Shown here one piece after another: positions 50,557-58,642 of a stretch of 58,642 nt of DNA (the stretch's first letter is position 1; the number at the start of each line of letters is the position of its first letter). The DNA is from Myxococcota bacterium (GTDB lineage Bacteria; Myxococcota; Myxococcia; Myxococcales; Myxococcaceae), in contig JBMORE010000174.1 of NCBI GenBank assembly GCA_049322255.1, positions 1 to 58,642 on the forward strand, read 5' to 3'. The notes under the pieces were generated by a model that did no database searches, had not been told where the DNA came from, and saw nothing but the letters and a program-made list of their open reading frames with translations. Made by a program: the position numbers and the translations under genes.

Positions 50557-52005
50557 TTACTTCTGGCTCACAACAGACGGCGTCAGCCCGCCCACCACGC
50601 GCTTGAACTTTTGACCCTGCAGAACCTTTCCGTCCACCCAAAGGCCGTTGATCAGCGCCACCTCCTCGAGCGGCACGGTCGATGGAAAGCGCTGATAGAG
50701 CTCACGCACCGACATCTCCACGGGGGCGGTGAATACCTGTATGCGGGCTGGCTGCACGTCGAGCACGCTGCGATCGGTGACGCGAGCGAAGCTGGAAACA
50801 GACGTCTCGAACGCTGCCTGGTACGCGGAAAGACGCTGGCGAGGGGTGTACGCGAGGATTTGGTACGTCCTGCCACCGTACGCGAGGAAAGACACCACAC
50901 CCGCCACCATGCCCTGCTCGGTCTGCGCCTGGAAGTAGCTCGACAGCGAGGGGAGCTCGTGAAGACGAGTCGTCGGTTCCCCCACCGGGCTCACTCCGGA
51001 CTGCGCGAAGAACTGCTGCATCGACCTCTCCGGGCTCTGCGTTCCGGCGACGCCCAAAAGAATCGCCGCATCCTCGGCCGGGCTGACTCCCACGACCAAT
51101 GCCGGCTGGTTCTGCGTCCGCCAGCTGGTAGGGAAATGGAGCTCGAAGGCGAGCCTCGGGTGGTAGAAGATCTGGCCACGGAAGAACCCTTGGCGAGGGT
51201 CTTCGCCGAAGACGAATCCGTCGATCCTCTCGAGGTAGGCGTCGCGTCCGAGAACGAGCCGATCGAAATCCACCGCACCTAGCTCGGCGAGCTCTTCATC
51301 GATCTCTTGGCGCCGGTTGGCCGGGCTCGGGTGGGTCGAGAGCCACTGGGGGAGCCGGCTCCCTTCCTTCTTGCCCACCCGGTCGAGCGTGGAGAAGAGG
51401 CTTTTCATTTCGCGCACGTCGTAGCGTGCCCGGTACGCGTACTTGAGCCCGAGCCCGTCGGCCTCGAGCTCGTCATCACGTCCGTACTTGAGGAAGAGCA
51501 CCTGCGCGCCCGTGGCAAAAAGACCCCCGAATTGTCCGAAGTCGGGAACGAAGATCGCTCCTAGGCCCAGCCCGAGCTGGGCCAATTGCGCCCGGCTGAT
51601 CTGATCGACCGCGTGGCGCGCGGTGACGTGGGCGATTTCGTGGCCGAGCACCGAAGCCAGCTCGCCCTCCGAGCTCATGTGCGTGAGGAGCCCGCGGGTG
51701 ATGAAGATCGGCCCTCCGGGCAGGGCGAAGGCGTTCACCGACGGGTCATCGAGAATTTGAAACGACCACGGAAGACCGGGGCGCTCCGAGAGGCGTGCCA
51801 GCTGGGTGCCCACGCGTGAGACGTACGACTGGGCCTGCGGGTGGTCGTAGAGGGGTATCGACTGCTCGACCTGCCGCTTGGTCTGTTGGCCCAGCTCGAT
51901 TTCCTGTTTCTGGGAGACGAGCACCAGCTGCCGCCGGCCAGTGGCGGGGTTGCGTATGCAGGCGGCGGCCAAAAGGACTGCGGCGACGACGATCAAGGGT
52001 TTCAT
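50557..52005 (-). CDS. M48 zinc metalloprotease lipoprotein with a LysM-like C-terminus
   Basis: Lipobox AAAC-IRNPATG, NAFALPGG, GHEIAHV, E.EAD and STHP. Confidence 0.92.
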   Translation of the reverse strand: MKPLIVVAAVLLAAACIRNPATGRRQLVLVSQKQEIELGQQTKRQVEQSIPLYDHPQAQSYVSRVGTQLARLSERPGLPWSFQILDDPSVNAFALPGGPIFITRGLLTHMSSEGELASVLGHEIAHVTARHAVDQISRAQLAQLGLGLGAIFVPDFGQFGGLFATGAQVLFLKYGRDDELEADGLGLKYAYRARYDVREMKSLFSTLDRVGKKEGSRLPQWLSTHPSPANRRQEIDEELAELGAVDFDRLVLGRDAYLERIDGFVFGEDPRQGFFRGQIFYHPRLAFELHFPTSWRTQNQPALVVGVSPAEDAAILLGVAGTQSPERSMQQFFAQSGVSPVGEPTTRLHELPSLSSYFQAQTEQGMVAGVVSFLAYGGRTYQILAYTPRQRLSAYQAAFETSVSSFARVTDRSVLDVQPARIQVFTAPVEMSVRELYQRFPSTVPLEEVALINGLWVDGKVLQGQKFKRVVGGLTPSVVSQK

Positions 52006-52108
52006 GGCCAAGCGGATATGCAGCCTCGCCGACGTCGAAAAGCCCGAGGACGGGCGATCGAGTCTTCGGCTGCTGCCCGCGGTCGCGGTGCCTAACTTTT
52101 GAGTTGAA

Positions 52109-53134
52109 ATGGTGACGCTTGCGTTCGCCGGCGACGTGATGCTCGGCCGGGAGGTCAATGAAACCTTGCGCGATGAACCCGACCCTCGCGCCCCGTGGAC
52201 AGACGTCCTTCCACTCTTGCTTGAAGCCGACGTGCGGATCATCAACCTGGAGTGCGCGGTAACGACCCACCTCGACCGCTGGAAACCCACGCCCAAGGTT
52301 TTCTACTTCCGCGCCGACCCCAGCGCCCTGCGGGTGCTGACAGCGGCACGCATCGATGCCTGCTCACTGGCCAACAACCACACGCTCGACTTCGAGGAGG
52401 TAGGCCTCCTCGACACTTTGCGACACCTCGACGAGGCGGGCATTCGCTGCGCCGGCGCCGGGCGAACCCTCGACGAAGCGCGCCGACCGGCGATGCTCGA
52501 TGCGGGCGGGCAACGTATCGGGCTGGTGGCCTTCACCGACAACGAGCCAGCCTTCGCTGCCGGCCCTGATCATCCCGGCACGTTCTATCTGCCGGTGTCT
52601 GTGAAGCCCGAAGTTGTCGAGCCCCTGGCACGTTCGATCGCCGAGGCACGACGAGCCGGGGCCGACCTGGTGGTGGTGTCGAGCCACTGGGGACCGAACA
52701 TGGTCACCCGCCCTCGCCCCCTTTTCCGCCGCTTCGCCCGCGAGGTGATGGATCTGGGGGCCGACGTCTTCTTTGGGCACAGCGCCCACGTCTTCCAAGG
52801 CGTCGAGCTCTACCGAGGCAAGCCGATTCTCTACGACACCGGAGACTTCCTCGACGACTACGCGGTGGACCCGGTGTTGCGAAACGACTGGTCGTTCCTT
52901 TTTCGGCTCACCTTCGAGGGAGCACGCTTCATGGGGCTCGAGCTCGTCCCGATGGAGCTGAGCATGGCCAAGGTGCGGCAGGCGAAAGGGTTCGCCCGCG
53001 AGGTGATGCTCGAGCGCATGACGATGCTCTCCGAGGAGCTTGGCACTCACCTGAAGCGCCACGGCGATCGGCTGTACCTCGAACCCCACCCAGTTCGACC
53101 CGAACGAAGCGAAGGCGAGCCCCCAAGCCCCTAG
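52109..53134 (+). CDS. CapA/PGA_cap family metallophosphoesterase-like protein
   Basis: GDVMLGR, NLEC, ANNHTLD, HWG and GHSAH. Confidence 0.9.
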   Translation: MVTLAFAGDVMLGREVNETLRDEPDPRAPWTDVLPLLLEADVRIINLECAVTTHLDRWKPTPKVFYFRADPSALRVLTAARIDACSLANNHTLDFEEVGLLDTLRHLDEAGIRCAGAGRTLDEARRPAMLDAGGQRIGLVAFTDNEPAFAAGPDHPGTFYLPVSVKPEVVEPLARSIAEARRAGADLVVVSSHWGPNMVTRPRPLFRRFAREVMDLGADVFFGHSAHVFQGVELYRGKPILYDTGDFLDDYAVDPVLRNDWSFLFRLTFEGARFMGLELVPMELSMAKVRQAKGFAREVMLERMTMLSEELGTHLKRHGDRLYLEPHPVRPERSEGEPPSP

Positions 53135-54819
53135 CGGAAAGGCCGGGTATTGATCACGTCGCCCTTCTCCAGCCAGCCCCGCCTCGCCACCCAGACCCCG
53201 TACCGCAAGTTCTCCAGCTGCTCGGCCACGTGAGCATCGGAGTTGATTGCCACCTTGACCCCCGCATCCTTCGCCCGGCGACACTCCTTGTCCGAGAGAT
53301 CGAGCCGCTCGGGCATCGCGTTCACCTCGAGGGCCACCCCCTCCTCGCGGGCGGCGGCGAGCACTTGGTCGAAGTCGACGTCCGAGGCGTCGCGGGCACC
53401 CAGCTGCCGCCCGCTGGGATGACCGAGGATATCGACCTGCCCCGAGCGCAGCGCGCGCACCACCCGTTCAGTCATCTCCTTTCGCGGCGCACGGAAACGG
53501 GTATGCACGCTGGCTACCACCACGTCGACGGCGGCGAGTGCATCATCAGGAAGGTCGAGCGAGCCATCAGGGAGAATGTCCACCTCGACGCCGGTGAGCA
53601 ACCGAGCTCCTCCACGCAAGCGTGCGTTGAACGCACGCACCTCCTGTGCATGACGGCGTACGCCCTCGGCGTCGAGCCCCAGCGGCCGGGACTTCGAGTG
53701 ATCAGTGATGGCCACGTACTTGCGGCCGAGGCGGCGAGCCTCCTGCACCACCTCCTCGAGGGTCGCGCGCGAATCGGCCGAGGCTTTGGTGTGCACATGG
53801 AGATCTCCCTGCACGTCTCCCTCTTCAATGAGCTTGGGTAGACGCCCCTCCTCGGCCGCCTCCAGCTCGCCGGCACCCTCACGCAGCTCGGGTGGAATCC
53901 ACGGAAGGCCGACGGCGCTAAAGACGTCGGCCTCGTCCTCGCCTGACAGCCGCCGACCCTCACGATCGAAAACGCCGTACTCGGAAACCTTCAGCCCCTT
54001 GCGCACCGCTCGGGTGCGCAACTCGATGTTGTGGGCTTTGCTGCCGGTGAAGTAGTGCAGCGCGGCCCCGAAAGACTGCACGGGCAACACCCGCACGTCC
54101 ACCTGCAGCCCAGTGCGCAACCGCGCGGAGCTCTTGGTCGGCCCGACGGCGAGCACCTGAGCCACCTCGGCCAGTTGGGCGAAGGCACGCATCACCGGCT
54201 CTGCGGCGTCGGCGGCCACGAGCAGGTCGATGTCCCCTACCGTCTCTTTGCGGCGGCGCACGCTCCCCGCGGCCTCGGCGCGGTGCACCCCAGGCACCAT
54301 GCGCAGCTTGCTTAAGATCGATTCGGCATAGGGCAGTGCCCGGTGGAGCTGAACCCGTCCGCGGCGGGCGCGGTACCTCCCGATGGCCTCCAAGATGGCC
54401 GCCACCCGCGTCGGCCCCATGCGGGGCAGGGCCTCCAGCCGACCATCGCGGCAGGCCACTTCGAACGCGTCGACGTCGGCGACGCCCAACTGCTTCCACA
54501 CCGCCTGCACCGTCTTGGGCCCCACGCCCTCGATTGCCAACAGCTCCCGTACCCCGGCCGGCACCTTGGCCATCAAGCGATCGTGCTCCGGGAAGGTGCC
54601 TGTCTCGAGCAGGCGGCCAATGTGCTCGGCGATGCGCTCGCCAATGCCCGGCAGCTCGGTCAGCTTCCCCAGCCTCCACAGCTCGGACACCGGAAGGGCA
54701 AGCGTATCGAGAACCTGCGCTGCTTGACGGTACGCGCGGACCTTGAACCGGTTGCCGCCGGTGACTTCGAGCACGTCGGCCATCTCGGTCAAGACCTCGA
54801 CGACCTCGGCGTTCTCCAT
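53131..54819 (-). CDS. polX: DNA polymerase X / PHP 3'-5' exonuclease
   Basis: AGSVRR..ETVGDIDLL, QVDVR, YFTGSKAHN, and PHP motifs DLHVHT, TDHS and NSDAH. Confidence 0.95.
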   Translation of the reverse strand: MENAEVVEVLTEMADVLEVTGGNRFKVRAYRQAAQVLDTLALPVSELWRLGKLTELPGIGERIAEHIGRLLETGTFPEHDRLMAKVPAGVRELLAIEGVGPKTVQAVWKQLGVADVDAFEVACRDGRLEALPRMGPTRVAAILEAIGRYRARRGRVQLHRALPYAESILSKLRMVPGVHRAEAAGSVRRRKETVGDIDLLVAADAAEPVMRAFAQLAEVAQVLAVGPTKSSARLRTGLQVDVRVLPVQSFGAALHYFTGSKAHNIELRTRAVRKGLKVSEYGVFDREGRRLSGEDEADVFSAVGLPWIPPELREGAGELEAAEEGRLPKLIEEGDVQGDLHVHTKASADSRATLEEVVQEARRLGRKYVAITDHSKSRPLGLDAEGVRRHAQEVRAFNARLRGGARLLTGVEVDILPDGSLDLPDDALAAVDVVVASVHTRFRAPRKEMTERVVRALRSGQVDILGHPSGRQLGARDASDVDFDQVLAAAREEGVALEVNAMPERLDLSDKECRRAKDAGVKVAINSDAHVAEQLENLRYGVWVARRGWLEKGDVINTRPFR

Positions 54820-54852
54820 CGTCGCCTCCTACCGAAAGAACGTAGGTAGCCT

Positions 54853-55500
54853 TCAGGCGCTTTTCTCCGACCAACCCTCGCACCCAATCAGGGGCACGAA
54901 GCGTACCGTCCCTAGGTCGTGGAGGGTGAAGCCGTGGCCAGCGCGTGCGAACCGCCACAGCCGTTGCATTCCCGAGCCTCCCAGGGGAATCACCAGCCGG
55001 CCGCCTTCGGCGAGCTGATCGAGCAGCGGGCCTGGCACTGCCGGAGCGCCTGCGGTGACGACGATCGCGTCGTAGGGTGCATGCTCTGACCACCCGAGGG
55101 TGCCATCGCCCTCGACTACGTGGACATTGGTAAGGCCCAGTGCCGCAAGGTGCTCCCGTGCCTTTTGCGCGAGCTCGGGGAAGCGCTCGACCGTGAACAC
55201 CTCGGCGGCCAGTTGCGCCGCGACCGCCGCTCCGTACCCCGAGCCGGTGCCTATCTCCAATACGCGATCGGTGGGCTGAAGCGCCATCGCCTCCGTCATC
55301 AACGCCACGATGTATGGCTGAGAGATGGTCTGCTCACAGCCAATAGGCAACGGCGAGTCCTCGTAGGAACGCTCCGCCAACTCGGCGGGCAGAAAGCTGT
55401 GGCGCGGCACCTCGGCCATCGCTGCCAGCACCCGCGGGTCACGAATGCCGCGGGCGATGAGCGCCTCCAACATCCGTCTGCGTTCTGGCTCGGCGTTCAT
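54853..55500 (-). CDS. pcm: Protein-L-isoaspartate O-methyltransferase (copy 2)
   Basis: VPRHSF, QTISQPY, LEIGTGSGY, GDGTLGW..APYD and VRFVPL. Confidence 0.95.
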   Translation of the reverse strand: MNAEPERRRMLEALIARGIRDPRVLAAMAEVPRHSFLPAELAERSYEDSPLPIGCEQTISQPYIVALMTEAMALQPTDRVLEIGTGSGYGAAVAAQLAAEVFTVERFPELAQKAREHLAALGLTNVHVVEGDGTLGWSEHAPYDAIVVTAGAPAVPGPLLDQLAEGGRLVIPLGGSGMQRLWRFARAGHGFTLHDLGTVRFVPLIGCEGWSEKSA

Positions 55501-55524
55501 ACGTCTGTGCTCTGAACGATTCAG

Positions 55525-55540
55525 AGCAAGGCCGATGCCG
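55525..55540 (-). promoter_or_regulatory. Putative sigma54 (-24/-12) promoter of pcm-polX
   Basis: Minus strand CGGCATCGGCCTTGCT: GG-N10-GC with GGCA and TTGCT. Confidence 0.6.
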
Positions 55541-55618
55541 TCTCGGACGCGCGTAGCTCTGCCGGCAACAACGCAAAAGCTGCGCGTCACTTCGACGAAG
55601 ACGCAAAAACGTGCGGCG

Positions 55619-56050
55619 CTACCGCACCACCAAGACGGGCGTGCGTGCGTGATGAACGACGCGGTCGCTCACCGACCCCAAGAACCATCGCTTCACTGGC
55701 GACAGACCCCGCGCCCCCACCACGATGAGATCGGCACCCAACTTTTGCGCCTGGTCACACAGGGTGTCGGCGATGGCACCAATCTCCACGCGCTTCTCCA
55801 CCGGTTTGATTGGCAGCTCGGCGGCAATCGCTCCCAGGCGTCCGAGGATTTGTTCCAGCTCCTCGGGAGTGTACTCACGGCGTACCACCGGCATCCCGTC
55901 GAGCGCGGAAAGCGGAATGACCGTCGCTGGCTCGGCCACGAACATCAAAGTCACCTTCGCTCCTGTTGCCTGGGCCATTTCGGCCGCCTTGACCGCCGCC
56001 TTCTTCGAGTTGTCCGAGCCATCGATTCCCACCAAAATGTGCTGAACCAT
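55619..56050 (-). CDS. Universal stress protein
   Basis: ILVGIDGS..S, ADLIVVGARG and LGSVSDRVV, with an AGGAGGT RBS. Confidence 0.95.
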   Translation of the reverse strand: MVQHILVGIDGSDNSKKAAVKAAEMAQATGAKVTLMFVAEPATVIPLSALDGMPVVRREYTPEELEQILGRLGAIAAELPIKPVEKRVEIGAIADTLCDQAQKLGADLIVVGARGLSPVKRWFLGSVSDRVVHHARTPVLVVR

Positions 56051-56076
56051 CGTTACCTCCTTCGAGGGCTATCAGC

Positions 56077-56092
56077 TGCAATGTCTGGACCG
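56077..56092 (-). promoter_or_regulatory. Putative sigma54 promoter of usp
   Basis: Minus strand CGGTCCAGACATTGCA: GG-N10-GC with TTGCA, 27 nt upstream of the ATG. Confidence 0.45.
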
Positions 56093-56158
56093 CCCTTTGC
56101 GAAGTGGTGTTCCGAAGAGGGTTGGAGATAGCCTCCAGGGCCGCTGGAGGGAGCCCTC

Positions 56159-57025
56159 ATGTCCAAGCTGACCCGCGGGTGGGTGGTGCTGGTGACCTTG
56201 TCGTTGGCGGCGTGCAGCGCCTCGATGAGCAATGACGAGGACGCCGGTGGCGGAAGTGGTGGAGGTGCGGGCGGTGGTGGTGCAGGAGGTGGAGGTGGCG
56301 GCGGCGGCGGCGCAGACCAAGACGCGGGGGACGTCGATGGCGGCAACGCTCAAGACGGCGGCTCCGGATCGGACGCTGGGGCGGGATATGACGGCGGCTG
56401 GCTCGGCGTCGACGGAGGCGTCTCGCCGACGATGAGCTTCTTTGTCACCAGCCGGGGCAATGGCCGCGGGGGCGATTTGCGCACGGACGCGGGGGACTCC
56501 GACGGTCTCGTAGGAGCCGATGCCCTCTGTCACTCGCTTGCGCAAGCGGTGTCGCCCATCCTCGGAGCCAAGACCTGGCGCGCCTACCTGAGCACCGCCA
56601 CCATTGACGCGCGCGACCGCATCGGCAGCGGCCCCTGGTACAACGCCAAAGGGGTAGTGATCGCCCAGAACGTGGCGCACCTGCACGACGACGCAGGCAT
56701 GCCCAACGCGCTGAGCCTAGCCAACACCCTGGACGAGAACGGCAACGAGGTGCGGTCGGTTAGTCCTGGAAACGTGCATGACATTCTCACCGGGACCAAC
56801 CTCGACGGTACCGTGTATGCCGGCCAGCACTGCAACAACTGGACGTCGAGCACGGCGGCCTTCACCGCGCGGGTCGGCCACTCCAACCGCCAGGGCGGTG
56901 GGCAGTTCCCCACCTCATGGAATTCGGCGCACAACACCGCCGGCTGTGCTCCTCCAGGCACGGGCGGAGGGAACGTCGGAAGCGGCGGCGGCCGCGGGTC
57001 GTTCTACTGCTTCGCGAGCAACTAG
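56159..57025 (+). CDS. Lipoprotein with Gly-rich linker and endostatin/DUF1554-like (lectin-like) domain
   Basis: Lipobox LAAC, poly-Gly tract, then MSFFVTS, GADALC, TWRAYLS, ARDRIG.GPW, HDILTG, C.NWTS and FYCFA. Confidence 0.8.
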   Translation: MSKLTRGWVVLVTLSLAACSASMSNDEDAGGGSGGGAGGGGAGGGGGGGGGADQDAGDVDGGNAQDGGSGSDAGAGYDGGWLGVDGGVSPTMSFFVTSRGNGRGGDLRTDAGDSDGLVGADALCHSLAQAVSPILGAKTWRAYLSTATIDARDRIGSGPWYNAKGVVIAQNVAHLHDDAGMPNALSLANTLDENGNEVRSVSPGNVHDILTGTNLDGTVYAGQHCNNWTSSTAAFTARVGHSNRQGGGQFPTSWNSAHNTAGCAPPGTGGGNVGSGGGRGSFYCFASN

Positions 57026-57197
57026 CTCGTTCTGCGCCGCTGCAACCGAGCCTTTGGGCTACATCGACGGCACTTTCTTCTCACGCCGGTGAAAGGCGGG
57101 CACCTGCCGCTTCTTTGAGGCGCGAGGGAGCTGCAGTCATGAAGACTCGACGGCCTCGTTGCCAGAAACGAGATCCACTTCGGCATACATCTTCATC

Positions 57198-57323
57198 GGT
57201 TCGCCGGTCTCGCGAACCATGTCGCCGGCAACAAAAACCATGCCGACCGCATCAAAATCTATGTCGCCGACATCGAGATCTATGTCGCCGAATAGGATTG
57301 CGATGTGCGGCACATCGACGATG
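57198..57323. repeat. Degenerate 21-bp tandem repeat (about 6 units)
   Basis: ATG recurs at 57219, 57240, 57261, 57282 and 57303; ATGTCGCCG is exact in three units. Confidence 0.7.
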
Positions 57324-57542
57324 CGTTGGGCCAATCCCCTCTTCGCTAGTCCCACCGGCGAGACCACCCATCCCAATTCGTGAACGGAAAGGGCAGGGAG
57401 GTCGACCATGTCCGTTCGCATCCTCCTGTGGTCATTGAAGATTCTTTTCAACCCTCCCCCCAAGGGAGTTGGTCCAGCGCCTGAACAGCATCAGGGCGCT
57501 GGGACGAATGGGTCGCCTCGGCAATCGCAAGAGAGGAAACCC

Positions 57543-57746
57543 ATGATGAAGAAGACCAGCGCTCCTCACACGGATGTCGATTTGGGGGAGGTTCAGAAGA
57601 AACTCGAGGAGGCACTCGAGTCTGTGAGGCCCATCATTGAGTTGCTCGTGACCGCACGTCGGCATGTGCTGTTCAGGCCTCGGACCTACGGACATTCGCT
57701 CGCAGCGCGGATGGGAGCGTTGGCGGTCGCTGGTAAGCGCTTCTAA
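57543..57746 (+). CDS. Short hypothetical ORF, possibly a truncated gene
   Basis: Good RBS (GAGAGGA) and helical N-terminus. It ends shortly before the att-like site. Confidence 0.4.
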   Translation: MMKKTSAPHTDVDLGEVQKKLEEALESVRPIIELLVTARRHVLFRPRTYGHSLAARMGALAVAGKRF

Positions 57747-57782
57747 TGGCGCTACGGCTCAATTCCCCATCGTTGACAGCAA

Positions 57783-57805
57783 GTGGAGGCGGGGGAATCG
57801 AACCC
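57783..57805 (-). mobile_element. tmRNA/tRNA 3'-end fragment, putative att site of an integrative element
   Basis: Minus strand GGGTTCGATTCCCCCGCCTCCAC gives a T-arm plus the acceptor 3' strand typical of ssrA. No 5' half is present nearby. Confidence 0.65.
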
Positions 57806-58118
57806 ACTACCGGCAGTGCCGAGCTGTGCCTGCGTCGCCAAGATAAGCGCTTCGAAGGCCGAGAGTGGGTCACCCTGCCGCACGGTACCGATAGGTGCGA
57901 TCGCGAACGGCGAAGGCCGGGAACGAGGAGGAGACAGGGACGGACGGCCCGCGGCGAGCCCGTGGTCACAGATGGGCCGTAGGCCCATTCCCTCTCGATC
58001 GTCGCGCGATCCGCAAAGACGCGACCTGCCCGAGGGTGATGCGACACCGAAGTAAGGGCCGAATGAGCAATGAGCTCGGCAAGGTGGTCAACCAGTTGCC
58101 CCTTCAGGGCCGGCCGAC

Positions 58119-58550
58119 CTACGTGTCAACTGAATTGGGCCTCTCGTAGTGGATCCTCAGCACGCTGGAGAGCTGCCCGAGGCTCATCATCGCATCGAGT
58201 GCGATGCCCGCCGAATAGAAGCGTCCAATGACGGGGGTCAACACGACGCCAGCCGCTTCGAGCTCGCGCGTATCGTTACCGACCAGCTCAACGAGCACCT
58301 TGTGAACGCGCTCCGCGGGCTGCTCTCCGCGCTCGACCCACTCCAGGCATTTGATGATCAGCTCTGAGTCGACCTTGGAGCGTTGCTCAATCGGCAAATT
58401 CACACCGCATGCTGCGTCTGCCTTTGCTCGAATCTCCCTGTCGACCACCGAAGGCACTGATGAAGGAACGACAGGTCGCGACGCGCTGCAACCGCACGCA
58501 AGGGCCAGCACGGTCGCCGCCGCAGACATGACACCAAATGCCCTCTCCAT
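58119..58550 (-). CDS. Hypothetical lipoprotein
   Basis: RBS GAGAG and lipobox-like ACGC, in a lower-GC context. Confidence 0.55.
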   Translation of the reverse strand: MERAFGVMSAAATVLALACGCSASRPVVPSSVPSVVDREIRAKADAACGVNLPIEQRSKVDSELIIKCLEWVERGEQPAERVHKVLVELVGNDTRELEAAGVVLTPVIGRFYSAGIALDAMMSLGQLSSVLRIHYERPNSVDT

Positions 58551-58642
58551 TCGCTGTCTCTCTAGTCCTCTTGCCGCACGTGGGTCAGCGGCGGCACCGC
58601 GTCGTGTACGGTGAACGAACTGCGAGCTTTTCGAGCCGGGTA

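Noticed and set aside
53090..53125. capA tail (PVRPERSEG) as a second REP family
   Set aside because: It resembles known REP-derived peptides, but only one degenerate copy is visible in the window.
52109..53134. Poly-gamma-glutamate capsule locus
   Set aside because: Only a CapA-family gene is present; no capB or capC.
56246..56311. GGN-rich tract as a DNA repeat or G-quadruplex element
   Set aside because: It is explained by a poly-Gly linker typical of myxobacterial lipoproteins.
57198..57323. Possible CRISPR array
   Set aside because: The units are contiguous and degenerate with no spacers, and there are no cas genes.
57783..58055. ORF beginning MEAGESNP
   Set aside because: This is the antisense reading of the tmRNA/tRNA 3'-end fragment, not a credible protein.

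Overview
This GC-rich window looks like Myxococcota (myxobacterial) chromosome, judged from the Ser/Thr kinase-TPR-PEGA module, the FHA and Tad genes, the mitochondrial-type EF-G and the Cys-rich lipoproteins. It holds about 52 CDS. Housekeeping and metabolic genes include fusA, an Fpg-family glycosylase, an acyl-CoA ligase, FadN and a thiolase, a 5'-nucleotidase and fused OtsA-OtsB. Envelope genes include a metallopeptidase-propeller-Omp85 fusion, several beta-barrels, a GldAFG-like ABC system with a DUF4340 protein, NfeD/stomatin, and M48 and M66-like proteases. A stress/repair block carries two pcm copies, polX, usp and capA. An orphan Tad minor-pilin ('tip') cluster with an FHA protein resembles the M. 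xanthus Kil predation system. The most notable observations are: (1) that tip cluster with its unexplained cargo (an extra short pilin, a 4x CX3C secreted miniprotein and a following beta-barrel), converging on a lipoprotein with two identically spaced cystine-knot motifs; (2) a REP-like palindrome family that has entered coding sequence and supplies near-identical C-termini and the stop codons of two convergent genes; (3) a tmRNA 3'-end fragment that probably marks a genomic-island boundary near the right edge; (4) sigma54-type promoters in front of pcm-polX and usp; (5) two frameshifted or deleted genes. No rRNA, complete tRNA, CRISPR array, transposase or integrase was seen. All assignments rest on motif recognition by eye; no database searches were run.
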